Notes under the pieces: generated by a model | Told to the model about the DNA's origin: nothing | Database searches by the model: none | The model's input: only the letters and a program-made list of their open reading frames with translations | Shown here: positions 9,740 to 17,148 of the stretch, piece after piece | Layout: every line of letters begins with the position of its first letter | How positions within the stretch are numbered: the stretch's first letter is position 1 | Origin: an uncultured virus (IMG/VR IMGVR_UViG_3300006127_000002) | Taxonomy: Duplodnaviria > Heunggongvirae > Uroviricota > Caudoviricetes | IMG/VR virus record: IMGVR_UViG_3300006127_000002 | Length of the DNA stretch: 20,000 bases | Direction: 5' to 3' (one strand) | Made by a program: the position numbers and the translations under genes

Positions 9740-9768
9740 ATTATAAGGCTTCTTTTTACTTTGTCAAG
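9740..9768 (-). promoter_or_regulatory. Sigma70-type promoter (TTGACA-16 nt-TATAAT) with shared 16-bp motif
   Basis: TTGACA at 9762-9767 and TATAAT at 9740-9745 on the - strand, intergenic and upstream of an SD. Confidence 0.75.
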
Positions 9769-11137
9769 AAGGTTCAGCGATTTCTTGACGGTACAAATCA
9801 ATTATTTTTGTATGGTTGTTGATGTTGTTGCTCAACATATGATATAGCTTACGCTCTACATCACTACCACGAATATGCACGATGGTCATTGCGTTCTTTT
9901 GTCCGGGTCTGTTAATACGTGCATTAGCTTGAAGATAAGTTTCGACAGACATAACAGGTGCATACCAAATAACTGTGTTAGCTGCGGTTAGGGTTAACCC
10001 ATGTGAAGCAGCTTGTGGTTGAATGATAAGCACTTTAATTCTATCTGTGGTTTGAAAGTCTGTAACGATATCACTTCTACGATTTACTGCAACTGCGCCG
10101 TTAATGATATCGCATGATACGCCATGTTTCGTTAAGTAATCTTTTAGTAACTCGATGGTGTGCGTAAAGGGAACAAAGATCAACACCTTATGCGAACTTT
10201 CTTCCACAACTTCTAGAATAACCTGTAGCCTATTAGATACATCGAACTCCACAACCTCTCTAGTATCCGTATAGACTGCACCGCCTGACAACTGTAGAAG
10301 TTTGTTGATGCTCGTTGCTGCATTGGCAGAGCTGACTTCTTCTCCCGCTGCGCTAATCATCATCTGCTCTTTAAGAATTTTGTAGTACTTTAATTGCTGA
10401 GCAGTTAGTGGCGCTTCTCTTTCCAGATACGTTACTTCAGGTAAGTCTAGGCATTGGTCTTTCTCAAACCGAATAGCAGGTTGCAGAACTTTATGCACTA
10501 TATCTTTTGCGTTAGGCTTAGGTATCCATCGGTACATGTTAATCTTGGTCATTACCTGCTCCCTGAACTGCCCGTAAAACGGAGCTACGCCTTTGGGGTT
10601 GACCAACTTAGCTAAACCATAAGCATCCACCGGAGACTGTGCAGCAGGTGTACCTGTAAGCATCCAAAGACCCTTAACAGATTTGTTAATATCCCTAAGT
10701 ACTTTCCATCGTTCGGTAGTAGGGTTCTTATAAGCGGATGCCTCATCAACAACAATAAGATCAAAGCCTCCGGCTATCACTTCATCCTTTACGATAGCTA
10801 ACCCATCAAAGTTAATAATGACAAACTGCGCATCGCCACCGATAATCTTTGCCCGTTTCTTCCTATCACCATAAGCCACATCGCATGAACGATGTACAGC
10901 AAATTTAAACAAATCGTTTTGCCATGCAGACTTCATAATAGACAACGGGCATACTACTAATACTCTGCGTACAACACCAAGGTTCATCAAGTAATCAGCA
11001 GCCCATATAACCGATGCAGTCTTTCCCGTGCCTTGCTCGTTAAAGCAAAATGCTTTGGGTCTTTCCGCTAAAAATGCGGCTGTGATTTTCTGGTGAGCAA
11101 AGGGTGTAAATTGCCCCGGCCAGTCATAATCTTTCAT
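9764..11137 (-). CDS. SNF2-family (SF2) helicase
   Basis: Motif I EQGTGKT, Ia VVCPLSI, II VVDEAS, III LTGTP, V HGLTLT, VI QANARINRPGQ; ATGA overlap with the upstream gene. Confidence 0.93.
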   Translation of the reverse strand: MKDYDWPGQFTPFAHQKITAAFLAERPKAFCFNEQGTGKTASVIWAADYLMNLGVVRRVLVVCPLSIMKSAWQNDLFKFAVHRSCDVAYGDRKKRAKIIGGDAQFVIINFDGLAIVKDEVIAGGFDLIVVDEASAYKNPTTERWKVLRDINKSVKGLWMLTGTPAAQSPVDAYGLAKLVNPKGVAPFYGQFREQVMTKINMYRWIPKPNAKDIVHKVLQPAIRFEKDQCLDLPEVTYLEREAPLTAQQLKYYKILKEQMMISAAGEEVSSANAATSINKLLQLSGGAVYTDTREVVEFDVSNRLQVILEVVEESSHKVLIFVPFTHTIELLKDYLTKHGVSCDIINGAVAVNRRSDIVTDFQTTDRIKVLIIQPQAASHGLTLTAANTVIWYAPVMSVETYLQANARINRPGQKNAMTIVHIRGSDVERKLYHMLSNNINNHTKIIDLYRQEIAEPS

Positions 11138-11430
11138 TTTGTTTTGCGTTCTCTTTTGCTAACTTCAGAAACTAAGTTGCGCTTCGAGTCACGCTTAAAT
11201 GAACGATTAGCACTTGCGCTTTCTACCTTAATACCATCTTTAGCTGAACCGCCTTTATCAATAGCTTTAATATGTGCAGCGTCCATGCCATCCCCTTTGT
11301 GCAGCTTGCCTTCTTTTATTAGTTTACGACGGGCTTTATTGCGCTCTTCCCGGTGCTTAACTTGTTCGGGGGTATCTTCATAAGCTACTGCGGTATTGTA
11401 TTTACGATCTGCTTTATTTTTATATGCCAT
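11134..11430 (-). CDS. HNH-like small basic protein
   Basis: GDGMDAAHIKAIDKGGS...ANRS resembles the phage HNH pattern D.DH.KPLSKGG...NR. Start moved to ATG 11430 because of the AGGAG SD. Confidence 0.65.
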   Translation of the reverse strand: MAYKNKADRKYNTAVAYEDTPEQVKHREERNKARRKLIKEGKLHKGDGMDAAHIKAIDKGGSAKDGIKVESASANRSFKRDSKRNLVSEVSKRERKTK

Positions 11431-11731
11431 CTTTGACTCCTGATATATTGTGAGTATTAGTAACGGGGGGAAACCCAAGCTCCCCTATATCGGTTTCCCA
11501 TAATGGCTTACGGTTTTCATCCGACGCCCGACCTAATATTTTACCTGCGGTAATGGCGACTTCCATCAACATCTTTTCCTTCTCGACGTTGAACCGCTTA
11601 TCAAACTCCATCGATATTAGCTTGCCTAATACTTCACCTAAATAAATATTAGTTATATTCTTAACTCGCTCGTTTACTTTTTCATCTAAGATAACTGCGG
11701 TGTCAATCGAAACTTGATCTAAATCTTCCAT
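11420..11731 (-). CDS. Hypothetical protein
   Basis: 103 aa ORF that fills the gap between neighbours; AAGGA SD upstream. Confidence 0.65.
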   Translation of the reverse strand: MEDLDQVSIDTAVILDEKVNERVKNITNIYLGEVLGKLISMEFDKRFNVEKEKMLMEVAITAGKILGRASDENRKPLWETDIGELGFPPVTNTHNISGVKDGI

Positions 11732-11733
11732 GT

Positions 11734-12396
11734 TTATCCTTTGTGGTGTGCGCAGCTAGTAACTGGGCAAAACTTACATAGTGGGCCTGAAACTGGATTC
11801 CATACTTTGTTAGCCATAGCAGCTTCAAGGCGGTCAAGCTCGGGCTTCATAACGTGCATATAATCTTCCTTATAAAAACTATGATGCTCCTTCGTCACGA
11901 ACTCGTTACTAATAACAAATGCTAGTGCGGACTTAATCTCAAGCACCATAGGGAACGCAAGGAACACCCCCGCCGCTAATAGATCAAGCTGTTTAGTATC
12001 CGCATACTTTGCATTTTTGCTAGTCTTATAGTCCACCAGATACGCCGCACCGCCATCCACGATAAGCAAGTCTGCTATACCATGCCACCAATGATTAGGG
12101 TCATCAAACTTACAAGATATATATTTCCCTTGCTTGTTCTTTATTATCCCTAACTCAATCTCACAGTATTTTTTACCGGGGATTTTGTTAAGCGTATCTA
12201 ACGTCTTTTCAGCAAACTTAAATTCCTTTGGTAAGGGTTTACCATCCCTTATGTAGAACTCAGCCGCTTCATGGAACTTCTTACCGTAGTCTGCCGCCGC
12301 ACCGCCGACATTTTCTACGTCCTTTGTTACCTTTAAATGGTAGTACTTCTTAGGACATTGTTGGAACGTCTTTAGACTACTGTAAGACCAACCCAT
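11734..12396 (-). CDS. PD-(D/E)XK Cas4/RecB-like exonuclease with Fe-S staple cysteines
   Basis: WSYSSLKTFQQCPKKY, GKKFHEAAE, GIADLL, VDYKT, QL, and C-terminal LCKFCPVTSC. Confidence 0.9.
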   Translation of the reverse strand: MGWSYSSLKTFQQCPKKYYHLKVTKDVENVGGAAADYGKKFHEAAEFYIRDGKPLPKEFKFAEKTLDTLNKIPGKKYCEIELGIIKNKQGKYISCKFDDPNHWWHGIADLLIVDGGAAYLVDYKTSKNAKYADTKQLDLLAAGVFLAFPMVLEIKSALAFVISNEFVTKEHHSFYKEDYMHVMKPELDRLEAAMANKVWNPVSGPLCKFCPVTSCAHHKG

Positions 12397-12701
12397 TATT
12401 TTTTCCTTAACACTTCTAATAGTTTCTCAATGTAATGCTGACCCTTGGCGATCTCTTGGGGGTTCTCATCCTTTGTGCCCATACGCATGATGTACTTGAG
12501 CGCCCCACCACGGTAGTAACCAATTTGCTGATCGATAGGCCAAGTATCCACAACATCCCAAGGCTCGATACCCATAGTCTTGTAGTGATTGCCGCCTACC
12601 TGCTTATCACCTGCGGTTGCTTCTATGTACACACCTGCTTTTCGTCGTTCTTCCATGATTACGTCTTTAAGATTAAGTGGGGGATATGCTGCTTCAGCCA
12701 T
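12396..12701 (-). CDS. DUF3310 / SaV-like (T7 gp1.7 nucleotide-kinase-related) protein
   Basis: QVGGNHYK...IEPWDVV...GALKYIMRMGTK...EIAKGQHY. Start moved to ATG 12701, which overlaps the upstream stop. Confidence 0.85.
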   Translation of the reverse strand: MAEAAYPPLNLKDVIMEERRKAGVYIEATAGDKQVGGNHYKTMGIEPWDVVDTWPIDQQIGYYRGGALKYIMRMGTKDENPQEIAKGQHYIEKLLEVLRKK

Positions 12702-12912
12702 TACTTTTTTGCCTTTTAGCTTTTTCTTCGTGTTCGATTGCGACCATTCCTTCAAATATTTTAAATGCTTTACCAAACCGCATCTCGTATACTTCTGCAA
12801 GCCCTACAACGACTGGGTCATTTATTTCTTCATTAAGTGTACGTAAGTCATCAACAACATTCCAACATTGCATGATTGCTTGTTCTAGCTCAAAGCGGTT
12901 AAACTTTTTCAT
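12694..12912 (-). CDS. Hypothetical phage protein
   Basis: 72 aa (RFELEQAIMQCWNVVDDL); overlaps both neighbours. Confidence 0.7.
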   Translation of the reverse strand: MKKFNRFELEQAIMQCWNVVDDLRTLNEEINDPVVVGLAEVYEMRFGKAFKIFEGMVAIEHEEKAKRQKSNG

Positions 12913-13052
12913 TTTGCTTCCAAAAATAAACCTACGTTACCAAGAGCATAGCCTAGAAAAGCGATGCCCAACCCTACCTGTCCTTTGTGAAGCAAGTCTG
13001 CTGCTACTGCAAGATATACAAAGCCGATAATGGCGATTAACCAACTACTCAT
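12909..13052 (-). CDS. Small two-TM membrane protein (47 aa; not in ORF track)
   Basis: MSSWLIAIIGFVYLAVAADLLHKGQVGLGIAFLGYALGNVGLFLEAK; GAGGA SD; ATGA overlaps at both ends. Confidence 0.8.
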   Translation of the reverse strand: MSSWLIAIIGFVYLAVAADLLHKGQVGLGIAFLGYALGNVGLFLEAK

Positions 13053-13237
13053 AGTGTCCTCTTTCGTTTAGGTTTAGCTGCGGTAATACCAATTTCTTTT
13101 TCTGCGTGTTTAGCTCTAAGCATCGCATCCGCTAGTGCGTAGCATTCTTTTGCATCTTCATCTTCTGCACCTGTTTTCCATGTAATATTCAACATAGCAA
13201 ACGCCGCAAACAAATCTCTCAAATCTTCGTCATTCAT
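13049..13237 (-). CDS. Conserved small phage protein (LRD.FA..AM...AY..ADAML type)
   Basis: LRDLFAAFAML...AKECYALADAMLRAK is a motif familiar from phage early regions. Confidence 0.8.
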   Translation of the reverse strand: MNDEDLRDLFAAFAMLNITWKTGAEDEDAKECYALADAMLRAKHAEKEIGITAAKPKRKRTL

Positions 13238-13541
13238 TTGGGTATATTCTCTTTAACATATATTCTGCCATCCTTTCCTTGGTATTTACCATAGCCTCGC
13301 CTAGCATATCGAGAAACGATAAATCTTTTTCTTCCTCTTCCAGTAGCTTGCGCATAACTGCCTTGTGGAATTCTCCATCCCCAAACAATCTTACATTTAC
13401 GTAAGTGCTAGCGTCATCAAGGTCAATACTCCATAACTCTAAAAAATCTACCCATTTAGAATAGAACCTATCTCTACGCCGCATAAACTCTTCGGGGTAC
13501 ATCTTTCTGCGTTCTAGAAGTAATTTAATGCCTTCATCCAT
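13230..13541 (-). CDS. Hypothetical protein, PEEF-family paralog 1
   Basis: ATG 13541 with GAGG SD; MDEGIKLLLERRKMYPEEF. The longer 13634 start overlaps another gene. Confidence 0.7.
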   Translation of the reverse strand: MDEGIKLLLERRKMYPEEFMRRRDRFYSKWVDFLELWSIDLDDASTYVNVRLFGDGEFHKAVMRKLLEEEEKDLSFLDMLGEAMVNTKERMAEYMLKRIYPNE

Positions 13542-13548
13542 AGCGGCC

Positions 13549-13704
13549 TCACATGCAGGTAGTGACACAGTTATTGTTGTCTGTGCAGCAGGTAGTACAT
13601 ACTGTGTTAGTGCCATCCCGGTTGACAATAACATTTGTTATACAGTTAGCTGCCGCTGCGGTAGCAATCACCGCAAATAATGCACCGATTAGATATTTGT
13701 TCAT
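13549..13704 (-). CDS. Secreted cysteine-rich peptide (51 aa; not in ORF track)
   Basis: MNKYLIGALFAVIATAAAA|NCITNVIVNRDGTNTVCTTCCTDNNNCVTTCM: signal peptide plus 6 Cys; fills the gap between neighbours. Confidence 0.8.
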   Translation of the reverse strand: MNKYLIGALFAVIATAAAANCITNVIVNRDGTNTVCTTCCTDNNNCVTTCM

Positions 13705-13706
13705 AA

Positions 13707-13973
13707 TTAGTTTTGTTCCCTTATAAAACCTTCGTTTAAGTATTTACCCTTAGTACGGAATTCAATCTCAGGGTGAGCGCATCTGCCTTGCGCAATCATC
13801 TTGGCTTGGTATTGCTTCGTACAATCCGTACAAAACCCAAACCTCGATAACTCTGCCACCCGTGCTGCTTCTTTCCATGCCTTGTATTGCTTAGCAGTTA
13901 CGCACTTTGGGGTGCGCTTAAAAATAATTACTATGTTTTCACTAGGTTCGTCTGGCACTTTTTCGTTAACCAT
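13707..13973 (-). CDS. Hypothetical 4-Cys (putative metal-binding) protein
   Basis: PKC...FCTDCT...GRCAHP. Start moved to ATG 13973 (GAAGGG upstream) to avoid overlapping the polymerase. Confidence 0.7.
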   Translation of the reverse strand: MVNEKVPDEPSENIVIIFKRTPKCVTAKQYKAWKEAARVAELSRFGFCTDCTKQYQAKMIAQGRCAHPEIEFRTKGKYLNEGFIREQN

Positions 13974-14010
13974 AACGTGCCCTTCTCGCTTAACCCTCTT
14001 AACCCTAGGT

Positions 14011-15837
14011 TTAACATTCCCCGTAAGAACGCCCATGTCCACTCTCACAATTCAAAGGTAAGCCCAACGCCCAAGCGGGGCGCATTCTCATGCAAATCTC
14101 AACATACTCTTGTGCTACTTCAACTTCGTTCTCCGGTACGATACAAGCAATCGCATCATGCACCGTCATTACAACCCTGTACTTTTTGGCAATCTGTAAC
14201 ATCTGTTCGCCGATAATGATACGGGCTAAGCCTTGGCAAAGATTTTCTACTACCTTGCCTCCGTATATCCTGTTAGGGATAACCGCTTTACCACGCTTGG
14301 TATCGTAAACGTATTCAACACCGCCGCCTTCCTTGTCCTGAGTGCGTAGATTGGGATACTTGATATACAGTCCGTTTGGCATGCGGATACCACGCTTGGG
14401 GTCAACTACTAATACGCCATCTCTACCGAGTTCGCACGTTTGTTCGCTAAGGATAGCTTCAAGAGCGTTCGACGCTTGCTTCCATAGTTGCGGTATTTTG
14501 GGGTATGTTTCCCTGTAGACTTGTATGATGCGCTTTGCTTCATCTTCTTCAATATCCACTCCAAATGTTTTGAGTTGCGCCTTGAACTTTGCAGCGCCCA
14601 TACCATAACCAGCACCGAGAATTGTTGTCTTACCAACAAAGCGTTCTTCATTAGTAATTTCTGATTCCGCCTTGCCATAGATAGCAGCAGCCATGATTTT
14701 GTATACGTCCTGCCCATTTTCAAATGCCTCCACTAAGTCGTCTTGTCCTGCTAACCATGCCACAGTACGTGCTTCGATCTGTGACGAATCCGAATCAATC
14801 ATTAAATACCCTGTAGGCGCATGGATTGCATACTTTAAAGGAGATGTACGCCCTAGGTTTTGCATGTTTACCTTATCGTCCCCACCCCATCGCCCCGTAT
14901 GTGCAGCGTAATAACGTAATGGGATAGGTAACGTGCCACGCTCTGATATATCTATGAATCTTTGAGTGCGTGTTTCTTCCTGCGTAGATTTCAATCCTAA
15001 CCTTGCGGATACTAAAATCTGTATAAGAGTACTTTCATGCTCCAGTAACGCTTTAAATGCTTCGTCAGTTTTAGAGAACGCCCATGTTTCTTTGCCTGTA
15101 ATCGGGCTAATCTTACGTGGCGGTTCAACCCCGGCAAGGCGTAGCATCTCGGCAAACTTGTCATTACTCATTAGATTTTCACGATCCGCTAGCCCTGCGG
15201 CATTAAGAAGTTTTGCCTTCTTATCAGCTATAATCATCATGTGCGCTTCTAGCTTGCCTTGATCCAGTTCTAACACCGGCTCACTAAACATGCGTATAGT
15301 CAGATCAATTAGGCGTAGCTCAGTAGGGGGAAAGTCTGGGCGCATACAGTTAAACAGTTTCCATGTCAACTCTACATCGTTCTTGCAATACTCCCCGTAC
15401 TGCGCCATTTCTTCGGCGGTAAAGTCTAAGCGCCTTTTGCCCAACGCCTTAAGGACTTCCGTACCTTTAGCACCCAATCCATAAAACTCTGTAAGTTTTG
15501 CGAGGCTACCTCCAACTTCTGTGCTATGTATTGCACGAGCCATGCTAAGTGTATCCAACCAACCACGAGGATTAACCCCAAAATGCCAACCCAATATAGC
15601 AGCGTCAAACATAGCGTTATGAGCCAATGCAAGGTTGTTTTCGAAATCAAAACTCTTAAGGAAGTTCTTTGTGTTGTCATACGTTCCTGAGAAAAACTGC
15701 GTCTCGCCATCATTGACCTTTACCGCTACTCCGATAACCTCAAACTCCTTACTACGGATATATTCCTCAGTTGTAAGTTTAGATAGGCTATAAGACTGCG
15801 AGTAAAAAGTCTCCATGTCTATTGTAATTATTTTCAT
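14011..15837 (-). CDS. polA: Family A DNA polymerase with 3'-5' exonuclease and no 5'-3' exonuclease; Leu762 type
   Basis: ExoI IDMET, ExoII HNAMFD, ExoIII YCKND; HTGRWGG, NMQNL; motif A DSSQIEAR; motif B RFVGKTTILGAGYG; motif C TVHDA. Confidence 0.96.
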   Translation of the reverse strand: MKIITIDMETFYSQSYSLSKLTTEEYIRSKEFEVIGVAVKVNDGETQFFSGTYDNTKNFLKSFDFENNLALAHNAMFDAAILGWHFGVNPRGWLDTLSMARAIHSTEVGGSLAKLTEFYGLGAKGTEVLKALGKRRLDFTAEEMAQYGEYCKNDVELTWKLFNCMRPDFPPTELRLIDLTIRMFSEPVLELDQGKLEAHMMIIADKKAKLLNAAGLADRENLMSNDKFAEMLRLAGVEPPRKISPITGKETWAFSKTDEAFKALLEHESTLIQILVSARLGLKSTQEETRTQRFIDISERGTLPIPLRYYAAHTGRWGGDDKVNMQNLGRTSPLKYAIHAPTGYLMIDSDSSQIEARTVAWLAGQDDLVEAFENGQDVYKIMAAAIYGKAESEITNEERFVGKTTILGAGYGMGAAKFKAQLKTFGVDIEEDEAKRIIQVYRETYPKIPQLWKQASNALEAILSEQTCELGRDGVLVVDPKRGIRMPNGLYIKYPNLRTQDKEGGGVEYVYDTKRGKAVIPNRIYGGKVVENLCQGLARIIIGEQMLQIAKKYRVVMTVHDAIACIVPENEVEVAQEYVEICMRMRPAWALGLPLNCESGHGRSYGEC

Positions 15838-16256
15838 CTTGTTTGTGGGTTGATAGGTATTTGTGCTAAACGGTCGTATCGTGGGGCTTGTGCAGCAGCT
15901 ATTGAGTTCGCCGCCCCAAGTTGTTTCTCTGCATACTGTTGGTATAGAGAATTTTGTTGTTGTTGTTGATGCAAAGTATCTATACGGTCTTCTTTTTCTT
16001 CCGATTGTGGGTCTAGTTTTTCTTGCAGTATTGCACTTAACATTTTTTTCCGTCTATATGTCTTACGCACCCGGGCTTCAACTGATCTGGCAACGGTTTG
16101 TTCTATAAACGTACCCCTGCGTTGCACTTCGTCTAATAAGTATTCCCATCGGCCTACGGCAGTCATACCTGTAAAATCCTCAGGATTTTCTTCTAAGTGT
16201 TTAAGTAATACCTTGACTTCGTTAGAGCAAAACCTACGCAATAATTTAGTTATCAT
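15834..16256 (-). CDS. Hypothetical protein, PEEF-family paralog 2
   Basis: EVKVLLKHLEENPEDF; ATGA overlap with the polA start. Confidence 0.7.
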   Translation of the reverse strand: MITKLLRRFCSNEVKVLLKHLEENPEDFTGMTAVGRWEYLLDEVQRRGTFIEQTVARSVEARVRKTYRRKKMLSAILQEKLDPQSEEKEDRIDTLHQQQQQNSLYQQYAEKQLGAANSIAAAQAPRYDRLAQIPINPQTR

Positions 16257-16674
16257 TTTGCAGACTCAGTTTGGGGGAGGGGAAAGTTAACTCGTTCTCT
16301 AATATCCGCAACGCCTCGTTTGTTATGGACGCCATAGTCATAAGTTTAGTTGGATGCTTTATATTCTTTAGCGCTACCCCATCGCCTTCCTTCGGGTCTA
16401 GAATCTGCGACATAACATAGTCATCGAACGCCTTGCGCCTAATCTTGCTATACCCCTCAAAGAGTGCATCAAGTTCAGCCTGAGAAAAGCACGGCACTAT
16501 AGAGTTTGGGGGAAGCGAATTACCGATCTTACGGTTAACAATTCCTTCCATCACACCTTCAAATTTGGCAGATGCTCTTAGTGACCTGTGATCTTCCGGG
16601 CTAAAAAATTCTTCGGGGTTTGTTTCCATGCGCTGTAGAAGTATTTTTACTCCCGCGCTAAATTCTTCATTCAT
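16246..16674 (-). CDS. Hypothetical protein, PEEF-family paralog 3
   Basis: GVKILLQRMETNPEEFF; ATGA overlap with the VRR-NUC gene. Confidence 0.75.
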   Translation of the reverse strand: MNEEFSAGVKILLQRMETNPEEFFSPEDHRSLRASAKFEGVMEGIVNRKIGNSLPPNSIVPCFSQAELDALFEGYSKIRRKAFDDYVMSQILDPKEGDGVALKNIKHPTKLMTMASITNEALRILENELTFPSPKLSLQNDN

Positions 16675-16970
16675 AATAGTTGTAGTCCTTCTATGGTTTG
16701 CTCTAGCTCTGCTAGGTTATCTTCATTTACTACAAGCGCCGACCCCATTGCAGCACGTATCGCAGCTAACTCTCTATCTTGAAGTACTGTGGTCTTGCCT
16801 TTACCGGCCTTACATTCCACCGCTAAGAAATATCCATTGACACAACATATCAAATCGGGTATACCTGCCCTACCTAACCCATTCATACTCGGAGAGAAGT
16901 GCCAAACACCGTGCTTCTTGAATATGTCCTTACATTTCTGTTTGACCTTTGCTTCGGGGGTTGATGCCAT
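16671..16970 (-). CDS. VRR-NUC domain nuclease (Holliday junction resolvase-like)
   Basis: PEAKVK...AGIPDLICC...FLAVECKAG.GKTT.LQ..EL..I...G, a PD-(D/E)XK VRR-NUC pattern. Confidence 0.9.
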   Translation of the reverse strand: MASTPEAKVKQKCKDIFKKHGVWHFSPSMNGLGRAGIPDLICCVNGYFLAVECKAGKGKTTVLQDRELAAIRAAMGSALVVNEDNLAELEQTIEGLQLL

Positions 16971-16999
16971 TATATGATGTCTATTTTTACTTTGTCAAG
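16969..16999 (-). promoter_or_regulatory. Sigma70-type promoter (TTGACA-18 nt-TATAAT) with shared 16-bp motif
   Basis: TTGACA at 16993-16998 and TATAAT at 16969-16974; 16984-16999 is identical to 9753-9768. Confidence 0.6.
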
Positions 17000-17003
17000 G
17001 TGT

Positions 17004-17145
17004 GGGGGGTTATGTATATTCCACGCCCCCCTTCGTGTTAGGGAGTGGTGTAAGCAGACAAACTTCTTTACGCCTAGCAACTTACACCAACGCTACAGAA
17101 CACATATACAAGGCGTTACTGTTTGCGTAAATACCATGCTAGGCG
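17004..17145 (-). ncRNA. Candidate structured RNA: H-type pseudoknot followed by a G6/C6 hairpin
   Basis: Interleaved perfect 9-bp stems 17137-17145/17071-17079 and 17081-17089/17046-17054; hairpin 17004-17009/17026-17031; lies in the largest intergenic gap. Confidence 0.5.
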
Positions 17146-17148
17146 GCA

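Noticed and set aside
11734..12396. Cas4-like gene as evidence of a CRISPR system
   Set aside because: Solo Cas4-like nucleases are routine in phage replication modules, and there is no array or other cas gene.
15954..15968. CAA repeat (poly-Gln)
   Set aside because: Only five units, in a low-complexity tail; unremarkable.
17000..17148. tRNA, hammerhead ribozyme or SAM-II/V riboswitch identity for the structured region
   Set aside because: No cloverleaf or T-loop GTTCRA and no CUGANGA/GAAA core. The AUUUA...UAAA resemblance to SAM-II is superficial because the S2 pairing differs.
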